From: an uncultured Candidatus Rokubacteria bacterium
GTDB lineage: Bacteria; Methylomirabilota; Methylomirabilia; Rokubacteriales; CSP1-6
Length of the DNA: 64,000 nt
NCBI GenBank assembly: GCA_963754315.1
Contig: CAVWFS010000007.1
Span: 544,001-608,000 of the forward strand
Reading direction: 5' to 3'
Below the pieces are notes generated by a model that ran no database searches, was not told where the DNA came from, and saw nothing but the letters and a program-made list of their open reading frames with translations. The translations under genes and the position numbers were made by a program. Below are positions 49,490 through 60,229 of this stretch, one piece after another; within the stretch, counting starts at the first letter, position 1, and each line of letters begins with the position of its first letter.

Positions 49490-49963
49490 CTAGGCCGGCT
49501 CCCAGGGCTCGCAGACGGGACAGGTCAGCAGACCACGGTCGCGTGCATCCGCGAGCTGCTTGAAGTAGACGCGGTCCGCCTCGGGGATGCGCTTGACCCA
49601 GGCGCAATCGAGACGATGAAACAGGCGGGAAGTCCGCTGGGCGCAGAAGGGTTCGGCTCTGGTCTCCCCGTCAACCGTGACCTCGGTCGTCGCCGGGACC
49701 TCCGCGAGCGGCGGCTCGGCGAGGGCTGGTGTGGGCTCGGCTGGAGGTGGGGTGGCCGTGACCTGGGCCCTGTCGTTCAGGCCGTCGGGGTCGTTGATGT
49801 GGAGGTTCGTTTCCACCGTCGAGCGGAACTCATCGCTCGCGCGGCGAAACTCCCGCATCGCTCGTCCGACCATCCGCCCCAGCTCGGGCAGCTTCGACGG
49901 ACCGAAAACCAGGAGGGCAAGGACGCCGATCAGCAGGATTTCCTGGAAACCGATGTCGAACAT
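49490..49963 (-). CDS. TatA/TatB-family subunit fused to a C-terminal Ada-like Zn-binding domain
   Basis: N-terminus [43 protein letters not shown]-terminus [25 protein letters not shown]. Confidence 0.85.
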   Translation of the reverse strand: MFDIGFQEILLIGVLALLVFGPSKLPELGRMVGRAMREFRRASDEFRSTVETNLHINDPDGLNDRAQVTATPPPAEPTPALAEPPLAEVPATTEVTVDGETRAEPFCAQRTSRLFHRLDCAWVKRIPEADRVYFKQLADARDRGLLTCPVCEPWEPA

Positions 49964-49968
49964 GCAGG

Positions 49969-50778
49969 CTAGAGTACACCCCCGGTGTCGGGCCGTGCGA
50001 CCCCGACCACCCGGAGCAGTTCGTCGAACGACCGGATGATCACGTCAGCCTCCGCCCCGTCGGCATGTCCGTCGGGGGCGTACAGGACCGTTCGCATTCC
50101 GGCGGCGCGCCCGCCCCGCATGTCTGCGGCAGGGCTGTCACCCACCATGGCCGTGAGGTCGGGAACGACCCCCATCTGTCGCATCGTCATGTGAAAGAGG
50201 GATGGGTCGGGCTTCCCCACCACGAGCGGCCGTGCTCCTGCCGCCACCGCCACAGCTTCCACGAAGACGGCACACCCTGGGAGGAACTCGCCATTCTCGA
50301 CGGGCAGGCGCGGATCGAGGTTCGGCGTGACCAGCGGTGCTCCGCCGGCAACCGCCCGAGCAGCCGCCGTGATCCGAGTGTAGCTGACGTCGAAATCGTT
50401 CCCCACCACGACTACCGTGGTCTTTCGGTATGCATCAAACTCAAGGATCTGGTGGCCGCCCCGACGCACTGCCTCAACCAATTCGGGCGCGCCCATCACG
50501 AGGACGCGCGATCGGCCGAAGCGCTCGGTGATGAACTCTCCGATGATATCGAGGGGGGTCAGCACGTGCTGGGCGATGTCGATACCGTGTTCATGCAACC
50601 GCCGACGCAGATCCTCGCCAGAGGCGCGGGAGTTGTTGGAGAGAAAGCCCAGCGCGCGGCCGCTGGCGTGCAGGGCCATCAGCGCCCCGCGCGCACCCGG
50701 CTCCAGGGCCGAGCCTTGCCAGACGCACCCGTCGAGGTCGAAGACCAGCCCACGCAGGTGAGCGAGCTGGTTACTGAT
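49969..50778 (-). CDS. HAD-IIA (NagD-like) hydrolase
   Basis: FDLDG, LSNNS, NLD, VVGKP and [10 protein letters not shown] motifs. Start uncertain. Confidence 0.88.
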   Translation of the reverse strand: MSNQLAHLRGLVFDLDGCVWQGSALEPGARGALMALHASGRALGFLSNNSRASGEDLRRRLHEHGIDIAQHVLTPLDIIGEFITERFGRSRVLVMGAPELVEAVRRGGHQILEFDAYRKTTVVVVGNDFDVSYTRITAAARAVAGGAPLVTPNLDPRLPVENGEFLPGCAVFVEAVAVAAGARPLVVGKPDPSLFHMTMRQMGVVPDLTAMVGDSPAADMRGGRAAGMRTVLYAPDGHADGAEADVIIRSFDELLRVVGVARPDTGGVL

Positions 50779-51946
50779 CGGCCGTCTCCCGTCGGAACGC
50801 CTCGATGGCCTCGGCGTAGAGCGTCTCGGTTCGAGCGGCCACACTCGCCCAACTGAATCGCTCCTCGACGCGGGCTCGACCGGCGTTGCCCATGGCCTGT
50901 GCCCGCCCACGATCCGTGAGCAACGCAGTCAGCGCCTGGGCGAGGCGGTCTGGGCGGCGGGGAGGCACGAGCAGCCCCGTCAAGCCGTCTTCGACCACTT
51001 CCAGGATGCCGCCCACGGACGAGGCCACCACCGGGGTTGCACAGGCCATTGCCTCGAGATTGATGAGCCCGAAGGGCTCGTAGACCGAGGGGCAGCAGAA
51101 CACGGCCGCATGACTGTAGAGCTGGATCACATCCTCCACCGGCAGCATCTGGCCGATCCAGCGGACGTTGGTTTGCCCGCTCACGCGCTGCCGCAGGCGT
51201 TCCTCGATCTCGGGCGTGTCGGGGGCCGACGCGCATAGAACGACCTGGACCCCGGGCGGGAGTGCCGAGGCCGCTTCCAAGAGATCGAAGATTCCCTTCT
51301 GGTCGGTGATGCGACCCACGAAGAGCACGAACGGCTCGCGGACCCCGAGGCGGTCCAGCGCGTCGCGGGCCGTCGTCCGACGATAGCGCGCGGGGTCGAT
51401 CCCGTTGTGGATCACCACCACCCGCGCCGGGTCGACGCGGAAGTGGTGCAGGATGTCCTCGCGCATTCCCGCCGATACCGCCACGATCCGGTCGGCGGCC
51501 TCCACCACCGTTTTCTCGATCCACGTGGAGAGTAAATAGCCGGTGCCGAGCTGATCGGCCTTCCAGGGCCGGAGCGGTTCCATGCTGTGCAGGGTGACGA
51601 CGAGCGGGATGCGATGAAGCATCCGGATGAGCAGACCAGCCATATCCGCGTACCACGTGTGGGCGTGCGCCACATCGGCGTCCACCGGATCGCGCGCCAT
51701 GGCCAAGTCGATGGAGAGCGTTTCCAGGGCCGGTGCGAAGCGGGCACCATCAATCCCGCTCCCCACTCGATCCCAGGGCGTATAGCCCCGCACGATCAGA
51801 GGGGCGGTCGCGGGCGAACGCTCCCCGAAGCAGCGCACCTCGACCGCCATCCGCCGGGCCAATGCTTGGGTGAGCTGGTCCACAACCACCCCCGCTCCCC
51901 CGTAGATGTGGGGCGGGTACTCGCGGGTGAGCATCAGCACCTTCAT
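50771..51946 (-). CDS. glgA: GT4 glycogen synthase, actinobacterial type (GlgA/GlgM)
   Basis: LTREYPPHIYGGAGV, HAHTWY, HSMEPLRPWKADQLG and SVYEPFGLINLEAMAC motifs. Confidence 0.9.
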   Translation of the reverse strand: MKVLMLTREYPPHIYGGAGVVVDQLTQALARRMAVEVRCFGERSPATAPLIVRGYTPWDRVGSGIDGARFAPALETLSIDLAMARDPVDADVAHAHTWYADMAGLLIRMLHRIPLVVTLHSMEPLRPWKADQLGTGYLLSTWIEKTVVEAADRIVAVSAGMREDILHHFRVDPARVVVIHNGIDPARYRRTTARDALDRLGVREPFVLFVGRITDQKGIFDLLEAASALPPGVQVVLCASAPDTPEIEERLRQRVSGQTNVRWIGQMLPVEDVIQLYSHAAVFCCPSVYEPFGLINLEAMACATPVVASSVGGILEVVEDGLTGLLVPPRRPDRLAQALTALLTDRGRAQAMGNAGRARVEERFSWASVAARTETLYAEAIEAFRRETADQ

Positions 51947-51965
51947 CGGCAATGGAGCCCGGTGG

Positions 51966-53364
51966 CTAGGGCGCGGTCGGCGGCGTGTCGCTCCCCGCCT
52001 CCGCCTCCTCGAGGCGCTCGAGCTTGCGCGATACCGTGCGCGGATCGATGCCGAGCAACCGCGCGGTGAGCGTCTTGTTGCCGCGCGTGATGCGCAAGGT
52101 CTCGTCGAGCAATCGCTGCTCGACTTCGGCCAGCGGTGTCCCGATGCGAATGGTCAGCATTCCCTCCGGGATGGGCGTGGCCCCCGAGACCTCCTCGGGC
52201 AGATCGGTGACGTCGATGACCGATCCCCGCGCCAGCACCACTCCGCGCTCGATCACGTTTTCGAGCTCGCGGACATTGCCGGGCCAGGCGTACGCCTCCA
52301 GTCGCTTGAGCGCATCCTCGGTGAGGCCCTCCAGCTTCCGGTTGTTCTTGGCCGCATAGAAGCTGACGAAGTGTTGAGCCAGGAGCCGGATATCTTCGCG
52401 CCGTTCCCGGAGCGGCGGCACGCGGATGGTGATGACGTTCAGGCGATAGTAGAGGTCTTCGCGGAAGCGCTTCTCCTTCTCCCGCACGAGCTGCGCGAGG
52501 TCCTGGTTGGTGGCCGCGATCACCCGCACGTCGACCTTGATCGTCTTCGTCCCGCCCAGGCGCTCGAACTCCCCCTCCTGCAGAACGCGCAGGATTTTGG
52601 GCTGGGTGACCGGGGAGAGATCGGCCACCTCGTCGAGGAAGAGGGTGCCCCCATCGGCCAGCTCGAAGCGGCCTTCTTTGCGAATCACCGCCCCCGTGAA
52701 CGCGCCCTTTTCGTAGCCGAACAGCTCCGACTCCAGCAGCTGCTCAGGCAGCGCGGCGCAATTCACGGCCACGAAGGGACCCCGGCGGCGCGCCGAGCGC
52801 TCGTGGATCTTGGTGGCCGCGCCCTCTTTACCCGTGCCGCTCTCGCCGATCAGCAAGACCGTCGCGGAGCTATCCGCCACCTGGTCAACGACCGTCATCA
52901 TGCGCCGAAAGGCCGGGCTCTCGCCGATGTACTGGGGCTTGCCTCTCAGGTTCTCGATCTGCTGCCGAAGATCCTTGTTTTGCTCGATGAGCGCCCGGCG
53001 CTCCAAGGCCTTGGTCACGATCTTGAGAAGCTGCTCACCCCGAAACGGCTTGGTGATGAAATCGTAGGCGCCATCCTTCATGGCGCTCACGGCTTCCTCG
53101 ACGGTGCCGAAGGCCGTGAGCAGGATGACGTCGACGTCGATGGGAATGGCCTTGATGGCTCGCAGCAACTCGATGCCCGTGAGTCCAGGCATCTTGAGGT
53201 CCGTGAGCACGAGGTCGACTCCGCCCCCTTGCAACTGTTCGAGCGCTCCCCGCCCGTCGGAGGCGAGCACGACCCGGTAGCCGGCGCGAGTCAAGGTGCG
53301 CTGCAGGCTTTCGCGAAGGCCCGGGTCGTCGTCGGCGACCAGGAGGGTGGCGGGATCAAGACAT
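51966..53364 (-). CDS. Sigma54-dependent (NtrC-family) response regulator
   Basis: REC domain (VADDD, TDLKMP), GESGTGKE, GAFTGA, FLDEV and a Fis HTH. ATG at 53364 is in frame if one T at ~53358 is removed. Confidence 0.92.
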
Positions 53365-54673
53365 GAGCGGGGCGCTTGGCGGGGAGTGCGATGGTGAAGA
53401 TCGCGCCCCGTGGGCCGTTGGACCATCGAAGCTCACCGCCATGCTCCTCGGTGATCTGCCGCGCGATGGAGAGGCCGAGACCGGTGCCTTGGGGCTTGGT
53501 GGTGAAGAAGGGCTCGAAGAGCCGCCGGCTGACGTCGTCCGCGATGCCACCGCCCGTGTCTGCCACCGAGACTTCGACGGTACTCCCCACAAAGCGGCTG
53601 GCGATGGTGATCTCGCCGCCGCTGGACAGCGCGTCCATGCCGTTCTTGACGAGATTCAAGACCGCCTGGCGAAGCAGGCCTCGGTCGATGTCCAGCAGCG
53701 GGACATTGGCGTCGGTCTCCACGCGCACGGTCAGGCCCTGGCGGGCGGCCAAGGGGCGGATGAACTCGGCGAGTTCTTCCACCAGGTGATTCACGGACTC
53801 CTCCTCGAAGTGCGGTTTGGGGAACCGAGCGAACTGCAGATATTCCTCGGTCAACGCGTCGAGCGTGCTCACCTGGTCCAGAATACCCTCCACGAGATGC
53901 TTCGCCTCATCAATATCGGGGCCGGCCTGCTCCCGCACGATATCCTGCAAGATCTCCGCGTTCAGCTCGATCGCGCTAATGGGGTTGCGCACTTCGTGAG
54001 CGACCTTGAGTGACAATCGTCCCACGGTCGCCATGCGCTCGGCCACCAGGAGTTCGCCCTGGGCCGTTTCCAGGCGCGTGAGAGTCCCCTTCAACTCCTC
54101 GTTCAGGCGCTCTACCTCGGCCCGCGTCCGGCGCTCACGCTCGGCGACGAGGCCCAGTGTCACTGCAGGCAGGCCCGCCAGCATCGAGACGATGAAGACT
54201 GGAGTCCAACCCGCCCACGGCGGGACGAGCGCCGCCGCCAGGCCGTAGAGACCCCCCGCGGCCAGGGCCGCCCCCAGGCCCACCACCGGGCCGAAATAGT
54301 AGGCGTTGATGGCGACCAGAGGGAAAAAGAGCAGGTAGAACACACTCTCGACACCGCCGGTCAAGCAGAGGATCGCGAAGACCAGACAGAGGTCGACGGC
54401 AAGCGCGCCCAGGAAGATCAGCCGTGTCGCGCGCGGGTACACGGTGACCAGGGCGAACACGCCCAGCTTGTAGGCGGCGAACCAAAACACCAGCCGATAG
54501 AGGTCGACTTGATGGCGAGGTCGGAGTGGGAACAAGCCCAAGGTGGCCAGACCTCCGACCATGCCCACGGCGAGCAGCACCGCGAAGACGCGCTCGTCGC
54601 GCTCCAGCAGGCGGAAGAGGACGGTCAGGGGCTTGCGTTCGGCGGAGGCTATTGGCGGTGCGACGACTGTCAT
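53356..54673 (-). CDS. Membrane sensor histidine kinase
   Basis: About 5 TM segments, AHEVRNP, NLVKNG, DTGGG and FFTTKPQGTGLGL. As sequenced it reads through to 53291. Confidence 0.92.
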
Positions 54674-54725
54674 TCTCGGTGACGCGACTATAGCACCAGT
54701 GTATACTGCCGCCCATCCCGCCGTG

Positions 54726-55805
54726 ATGACGCGCATGATTCTGCACACCGAGGCGTCGCTCGGTTTCGGCGGACAGGAGCTCAGGATTCTCACCGAGATT
54801 CGCTGGCTCCTCGAGCACGGGTGGCGAGCCGGCTTGGCGTGCCAACCGGCGAGCCGGCTGCTCGCGGAGGCCCGCGCGGCGGAGATCCCCACCTGGGTGG
54901 TCTCCATGGTTCGCCCGTTCAGCCTGCCGGCGGTCATGCGCATGCGGCGCCTGTTCCGACAGGCTGCCGTCGATCTCGTTCACACCCACAGCTCGGTCGA
55001 TAGCTGGGTGGCGGCCTTGGCCGCGAAGTCGCTCGGACGAGCGGTCGTCCGGAGCCGACACGTCTCGATCCGGATCGGAAAGGGGCGAGGGCTCGTCTAC
55101 CGACTCGCCGACCGCGTCATCACGAGCGGCGAGCACGTGAAGCGCGTGGTCGTCGCCGCCGGCGTCTCCGCCGACCGGGTGATCGCCATTCCCGCTGGCC
55201 TCGACGGGACGCGGTTCCACGCCGGTGTCTCCGGCAACGCTGTTCGCGCCGAGTTGGGTCTCACCGGGCCGGTGGTGGGGCTGGTGGCGAACATCCGCGG
55301 CTCGAAGGGACATCGCTTCTTCCTGGAGGCGGCCCCCCGCGTGCTGGCGGCGTGCCCCACCGCGCGTTTCCTCATCGTCGGCGACGGCGTGGGGTTCGAT
55401 GACGTCAGACGACGGGTTCACGACATGCACCTCGAGGATCGCGTCGTCTTGACAGGATTTCGCCGCGACATCCCCGAGGTCATGGCTGCCCTGGATGTGC
55501 TCGCGTTGCCGTCGATCCGGTCCGAGGCCTTCCCCCAGGTCATCGCGCAGGCGCTGGCGGTGGGGACGGCCGTGGTCGGTACCACCGTGGGTGGCATCCC
55601 CGAGATCATCCGCGACCATGACACCGGGCGCCTGGTCCCACCCGAGGATGCCCGCGCTCTTGCCGACGCCATGATCGATCTGCTACGCGACCCAGCGGCC
55701 GCACGCGCCATGGCGCGACGCGGTCAGGCGCTCGTCCACGAGCGCTACACCATCGACGGCATGATGAAGGCGACCACCGACGTGTACCGCGAGCTTCTCG
55801 CCTGA
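54726..55805 (+). CDS. Glycosyltransferase family 4
   Basis: GFGGQE, HTHSS, KGH and SEAFPQVIAQA motifs. Confidence 0.9.
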   Translation: MTRMILHTEASLGFGGQELRILTEIRWLLEHGWRAGLACQPASRLLAEARAAEIPTWVVSMVRPFSLPAVMRMRRLFRQAAVDLVHTHSSVDSWVAALAAKSLGRAVVRSRHVSIRIGKGRGLVYRLADRVITSGEHVKRVVVAAGVSADRVIAIPAGLDGTRFHAGVSGNAVRAELGLTGPVVGLVANIRGSKGHRFFLEAAPRVLAACPTARFLIVGDGVGFDDVRRRVHDMHLEDRVVLTGFRRDIPEVMAALDVLALPSIRSEAFPQVIAQALAVGTAVVGTTVGGIPEIIRDHDTGRLVPPEDARALADAMIDLLRDPAAARAMARRGQALVHERYTIDGMMKATTDVYRELLA

Positions 55806-56557
55806 TGGTCCACGTGGGAACCTCCGGCTACAACTATCCCGCCTGGCGTGGGTCGTTCTATCCAGAGCGCCTGGCGGCCGCCGCCATGCTGCCCTTCTAC
55901 GCCGAACGATTCGAGACCGTGGAGATCAACGCGAGCTTCTACCGCGTGCCCACGCCGAAGACCATCGGCGGGTGGTCCGCCGCCACCCCGGCCGCCTTCG
56001 TGTTCGCGCTGAAGGTCCCCCAGCGAATCACCCACATGGGCCGGCTTGTCAACGTGGACGAGCCGCTCCAGTTCTTTTGCCAGACGGCGCGAGGGCTCGG
56101 GTCCAAGCTCGGGCCCCTTCTGTTCCAGCTGCCGCCAACCTTTCGGAAGGACACTGGTCGGCTGGCGGGCGTGCTCACGCGGGTGCCGGCCGACCTGAGG
56201 GTCGCCTTTGAGTTCCGGCACCCGTCATGGTTCTGCGACGAAGTCTACGATGTGCTGCGCGGGCGCGACGCCGCCCTATGCATCGTCGACCTTGAGGAGG
56301 GCACCACGCCCGACGTGGCCACGGCCTCGTGGGGGTACGTGCGACTGCGCGACCGCGCTTACACGGACGCCGCGCTCGATGGGTGGGCGACCGGTCTGGC
56401 GCGCATCGCCTGGCGGGACGCATTCGCGTACCTCAAGCACGAGGACACCGGCCTCGGGCCCGCCCTGGCCGCCCGGCTCGTCGCGCGGCTGCCGCCCTCG
56501 GCCTTACCTGGCCAAGATCAGGGAGAGCTTCAGACGGACAGTCGGATCGCCCAGTGA
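55805..56557 (+). CDS. DUF72 family protein
   Basis: VGTSGYNY..W..FYP, VEINASFYR, LFQLPP and AFEFRHPSW motifs. Confidence 0.92.
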   Translation: MVHVGTSGYNYPAWRGSFYPERLAAAAMLPFYAERFETVEINASFYRVPTPKTIGGWSAATPAAFVFALKVPQRITHMGRLVNVDEPLQFFCQTARGLGSKLGPLLFQLPPTFRKDTGRLAGVLTRVPADLRVAFEFRHPSWFCDEVYDVLRGRDAALCIVDLEEGTTPDVATASWGYVRLRDRAYTDAALDGWATGLARIAWRDAFAYLKHEDTGLGPALAARLVARLPPSALPGQDQGELQTDSRIAQ

Positions 56558-57206
56558 GTACTCCCTTGGGCCGCACAGGCTCGCAACACCCTCGGCCCGA
56601 GTCATCCGGGTTCACCAGGTAGAGCGGGATCCTGGAGGGCGGTATCGTGAACGGGAGCTGGAACGTGCCTCGGACCTCGCCGTTGGTCCTCCAACCGTCC
56701 AGTGGCCCCCCGGGCGTCCCTGCGGCTTCCCATCGTCCGGAGAGCAGGCCGAGGCGGGACATTCTCAAATATGGCGGGGCTCAGATCGATCGTCCCGTCG
56801 AACAGCCTTCCCATCGAGGATGATTCCCTCCGGGCTATCGACATTGTTGTCGAGTTGGGTCACCACCCAGAAGTCGCCCTGGACTGGCCCGCGCCCGGTC
56901 GTCGAGACTGATGTCATCGGACGCCAAGATGACCAGATCGCAGAAGCGAACCTTGAGTTTCTTCGGGCAGATGGTGACCCCGGCCTCGACTGTGCCGACC
57001 AGGGTCGAGGTCGCCTGCCGGCGTTGGGGCGGATTCGACCCGATAAACATGCCCCATTCCGCAACTTCGTAGACGGTAGCCGCATCCGAGTCCCTGTCCG
57101 GCTCTGGCTTGTGCCACCCTTTCTCGTCCGCGAAGGCGGTGACCGGGTTGAGTAGAGCTGCTGAACCAGCGACGAGCAGGCTTATCCAAAGAGCACACAG
57201 ACGCAT
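56504..57206 (-). pseudogene. Exported hypothetical protein broken by about 4 frameshifts
   Basis: Coherent pieces in successive frames: signal peptide...ATVYEV...ASDDISL / GPVQGDFWVV...PEGII / FDGTIDLSPA / LGLLSGRW...GTFQLPF / EYSLGDPTVRLKLSLILAR*. Confidence 0.55.
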
Positions 57207-57237
57207 ATCGTGATCCTCCTAAAATATCGTAAGAGCC

Positions 57238-57561
57238 TCAATGTAGGCACGAACAGGTTCGGTTGCCACCTCCAGGCGCGAACAGGTTCGCAGCTAGTGC
57301 CCCATCTACGACACAGATGTAGCCACGCTCAAACAGGTCGTCGCAGCCCAGGCGGCACATCAACTTCACGTTGCGTCGGAAGTCGCGCCGTTCCTGATCC
57401 TGGCACGCTGCCCGATGCTTGATGTGAGCGGCCACGAGGAGGTCCACTCCAAACACTTTCTCGCACGGGAAGCAAGTCCCTTGGTCCTGGTCACGCAGGA
57501 GTTTCGCGCGAAGAAATTGCTGTTCCTGCCGGCGGATCTGGGCGTTCTCCTCGGTGAAGAC
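57238..57561 (-). pseudogene. HNH endonuclease C-terminal fragment
   Basis: RQEQQFLR..CFPC..LLVAAHIKHR..MCRLGCDDLFERG. No plausible N-terminus. Confidence 0.6.
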
Positions 57562-57679
57562 CCGCCATGGGTGCGCGCGTAGTCGTTGAGGACTCTCTCC
57601 CACGCCTGCCACATATCTTCCAAGAGATCGAAGACGACGCGCTTGTCGGCGTAGCCAAATGGTGCGCTGCACATGACTC

Positions 57680-57877
57680 CTACAGAATCCCGATCCGTGG
57701 TGGTGGATTGCCGGGCCGGTTGTACTCGACGCGCACATGGCGCAGACCAGGGCCAACGAACAGGCTAGGGGGCGGCTCGATCAGGCCGAGGGCGACCCGA
57801 AGCTGGGTGACCTCTTCTCGCAGCCGGGCGATCTGGGCCTGGCACTCTTGGCACGTCTGGACATGCGAGGTGTTCAT
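57680..57877 (-). CDS. Small hypothetical protein (CxxC plus coiled coil)
   Basis: MNTSHVQTCQECQAQIARLREEVTQLR, with a GGAG RBS. Confidence 0.4.
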   Translation of the reverse strand: MNTSHVQTCQECQAQIARLREEVTQLRVALGLIEPPPSLFVGPGLRHVRVEYNRPGNPPPRIGIL

Positions 57878-57939
57878 GGTGTGGGCTCCATCACGTAGCC
57901 GTCATTGGCTAGCGCCCATTGGACAATCCTGTCTCAGGG

Positions 57940-58102
57940 CGATCGTGAGGAGTTTCACCCCTGCCGGGAAATACTTGTGGACCCTTCGGACAAAAGACTC
58001 TGATACGTAGATGTTCCCACTGCCATCGGCGGTGAGGGCTCCCGGGTGGTCCAGGCCACTAGCGAAGACTCCGAGGTCATCTCCAGCGGCGGAGTATTGC
58101 AA
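57940..58102 (-). pseudogene. NHL/beta-propeller repeat fragment
   Basis: FASGLDHPGALTADGSGNIYVSE..RVHKY is an isolated NHL-like blade. Confidence 0.5.
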
Positions 58103-58274
58103 CGTGCATAACCCACTAAGAACGCGACCCTGCGACCATGATGACCTCATTGACCATCCACGTTGGGTGTAATCCCCTCTAACACCTAGCATCCGCCAGA
58201 GTGAGAGGCGCCGTCTTGACATCCAGCGTCACTTTCTTGACACTCGAGCTCGGAGGTCGGCAGGGGCGGGGCGC

Positions 58275-59333
58275 GTGCGCACGACACCGGTGATCTCTCT
58301 GGCCGCGACGACCGGCCTGATCGGCGCGATCGCCACGGGTGGCGGCGACCCCGACCAGGTCCTGCGCTCCTGCGGGCTATCTCGCCGGGACGTCTCGAAT
58401 CCGCACGGGTTCGTCGCCTGTTCTATCTTTGCTCGCCTCCTCGAAACGGTGGCCCAGGCCACCGGCGACGCCTGTTTCGGACTCCACTTCGGGGAGCACT
58501 ACAACCCGAAGAACGTGGGCGCCGTGACATACCTCGTACTGAACTCGCCCACGTTCGCGATGGGATTCGAGACCTTGGCGCGCTACCTGAACGCTCACAA
58601 CGAAGGGGCACGGGTGTCTTTTGCCATCGAAGGGGAATGGGCATACGTTCGACACGAGATCACCGACCCGTCCATCGAGTCTCCACGGCAGCTCAACGAG
58701 TACAGCATGACGGTGGGGCGAAACACGATCCGCCTCATGGCCGGAAGCCAGTGGGCCCCGGTCGAGGTCCAGTTCGCCCACCCCGCGCCGTCCGATGTGG
58801 CGGAGCACATCAGGGTGTTCGGTGCGCCGGTCTCGTTTGGCTGTACGACGAACGCGTTCGTCATCGAGCGCGAGTTCGTCGACCGGCTGGTGCCGTCCGC
58901 CGACGAACGTCTCTACCCGATCCTGAAGCGATATCTCGAGCGGGTCCTCGCGGAGATGCCGCGCGAGGACGGCCTGCTCACCTCGGTCCGCAGGGCAGTC
59001 GGGGAGTCGCTGCGCGACGGCGATCCGAGCCTCGCACGGGTGGCGGGGAAGATCGCGATAGGCCAGCGCACGCTGCAGAGACGTCTGAGGGAGCAGGGCG
59101 TCGACTTCAAGTGGCTGGTCGAGGACACGCGCCGACGCTTCTCGCTCGACTACCTCCGAGACCGCAAGCACACGTTCGCCGAGATCGCCTGCCTTCTGGG
59201 GTACTCGGAAGTCAGCGCGTTCAATCGCGCTTTCAAGCGCTGGACCGGCTCAACACCCTCGGACTACCGGCGCCGGGTCGTGAGAGACGCGAGCCGGTCG
59301 ATCGGCTCGGTCCCACTCCAGAGCCAAACGTGA
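58275..59333 (+). CDS. AraC-family regulator (OruR/Arabinose_bd_2 type)
   Basis: FGLHFG, VQFAHPAP, RTLQRRL and LLGYSEVSAFNRAFKRWTG motifs. Confidence 0.93.
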   Translation: MRTTPVISLAATTGLIGAIATGGGDPDQVLRSCGLSRRDVSNPHGFVACSIFARLLETVAQATGDACFGLHFGEHYNPKNVGAVTYLVLNSPTFAMGFETLARYLNAHNEGARVSFAIEGEWAYVRHEITDPSIESPRQLNEYSMTVGRNTIRLMAGSQWAPVEVQFAHPAPSDVAEHIRVFGAPVSFGCTTNAFVIEREFVDRLVPSADERLYPILKRYLERVLAEMPREDGLLTSVRRAVGESLRDGDPSLARVAGKIAIGQRTLQRRLREQGVDFKWLVEDTRRRFSLDYLRDRKHTFAEIACLLGYSEVSAFNRAFKRWTGSTPSDYRRRVVRDASRSIGSVPLQSQT

Positions 59334-59774
59334 CAGTGCGGCGTCATCGCGCCATAAGCTCGCGTCGAAGTCACCGCCTTGCGTTGCAGTCCCAGTAGCT
59401 CGCCGTCCAGCCGAGGATGCAACCGCCAGGACATCCTCGAACGTCACGTTGGCGGTCATCGCTTCTGTGGCGTTCATGCTCTGTGTCCCCTCTCTCTTGG
59501 GTCTTCCTGTCTTTGGTCTCATCCATACCATCGACTCAAATAGCGAGCCTGGCCGCCGACGGCTCCCGCGTTCGGGCGGAGAGCGCTCCGGGCGACGGCG
59601 CCGGCCAGCGTGTCTGGTGTGCCAAGAATGTGCTTCTGAGGGATGGGCAACGCCCTCGACGCGAACGGCGCCACACGGCCACGCTAGCGAGCGGCGAGCA
59701 CGAGTGCACCACAGGCCCCGTTGCGGACCCGCCGGGCCAGGTAATGCCGTCTAATCCCCTACGAGAACGCGCTC

Positions 59775-60060
59775 TAGCTGCTCCACTGCCCCACTTGCGA
59801 GCACGTCCCAGCCAAGCCTGCCAGCACGGTGAGGGCAGCCGCCAGCGCAGTCTCAGGGACAGATGGCAGCGACTGCGCGAACGCCGGCATGCAGGCCAGG
59901 GTGGTGCTCACCGTGACGAAGACGGTGATGCTGTACGCGACCGAGCCAGTACAGGCCGACCTCGCGCGTCCACAGCCACCATCACGAAGGCAGCCAGGAG
60001 CGCCAGCCCTACGAAGATCGGGTTGAAGGCGCCCGGGGGCGTCCCGTTCTTGCGCGCCAT
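59775..60060 (-). pseudogene. Possible small membrane protein, frameshifted
   Basis: MARKNGTPPGAFNPIFVGLALLAAFVM, then hydrophobic segments in other frames (WLWTREVGLYWL; AYSITVFVTVST...). Confidence 0.3.
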
Positions 60061-60229
60061 CTCGTGGGCACCGCGATCGGCGAGGTCGGGTCCTTGGCGA
60101 TCTCTTCGGCGAGGAACGACTCGGGCTGGACCCAGGCGAACTCTCCCCTTCTTTTTCGGAAGTGTGACGCCGACGATTCCATGAGACGTAGCCCTGAGCG
60201 GGGCGGTCAGCCCGCGACTTGCCACCAGC

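Noticed and set aside
59417..59760. ORFs downstream of araC (59449..59754, 59417..60184)
   Set aside because: No recognisable motifs, clear RBS or consistent frame; a gene call cannot be supported.
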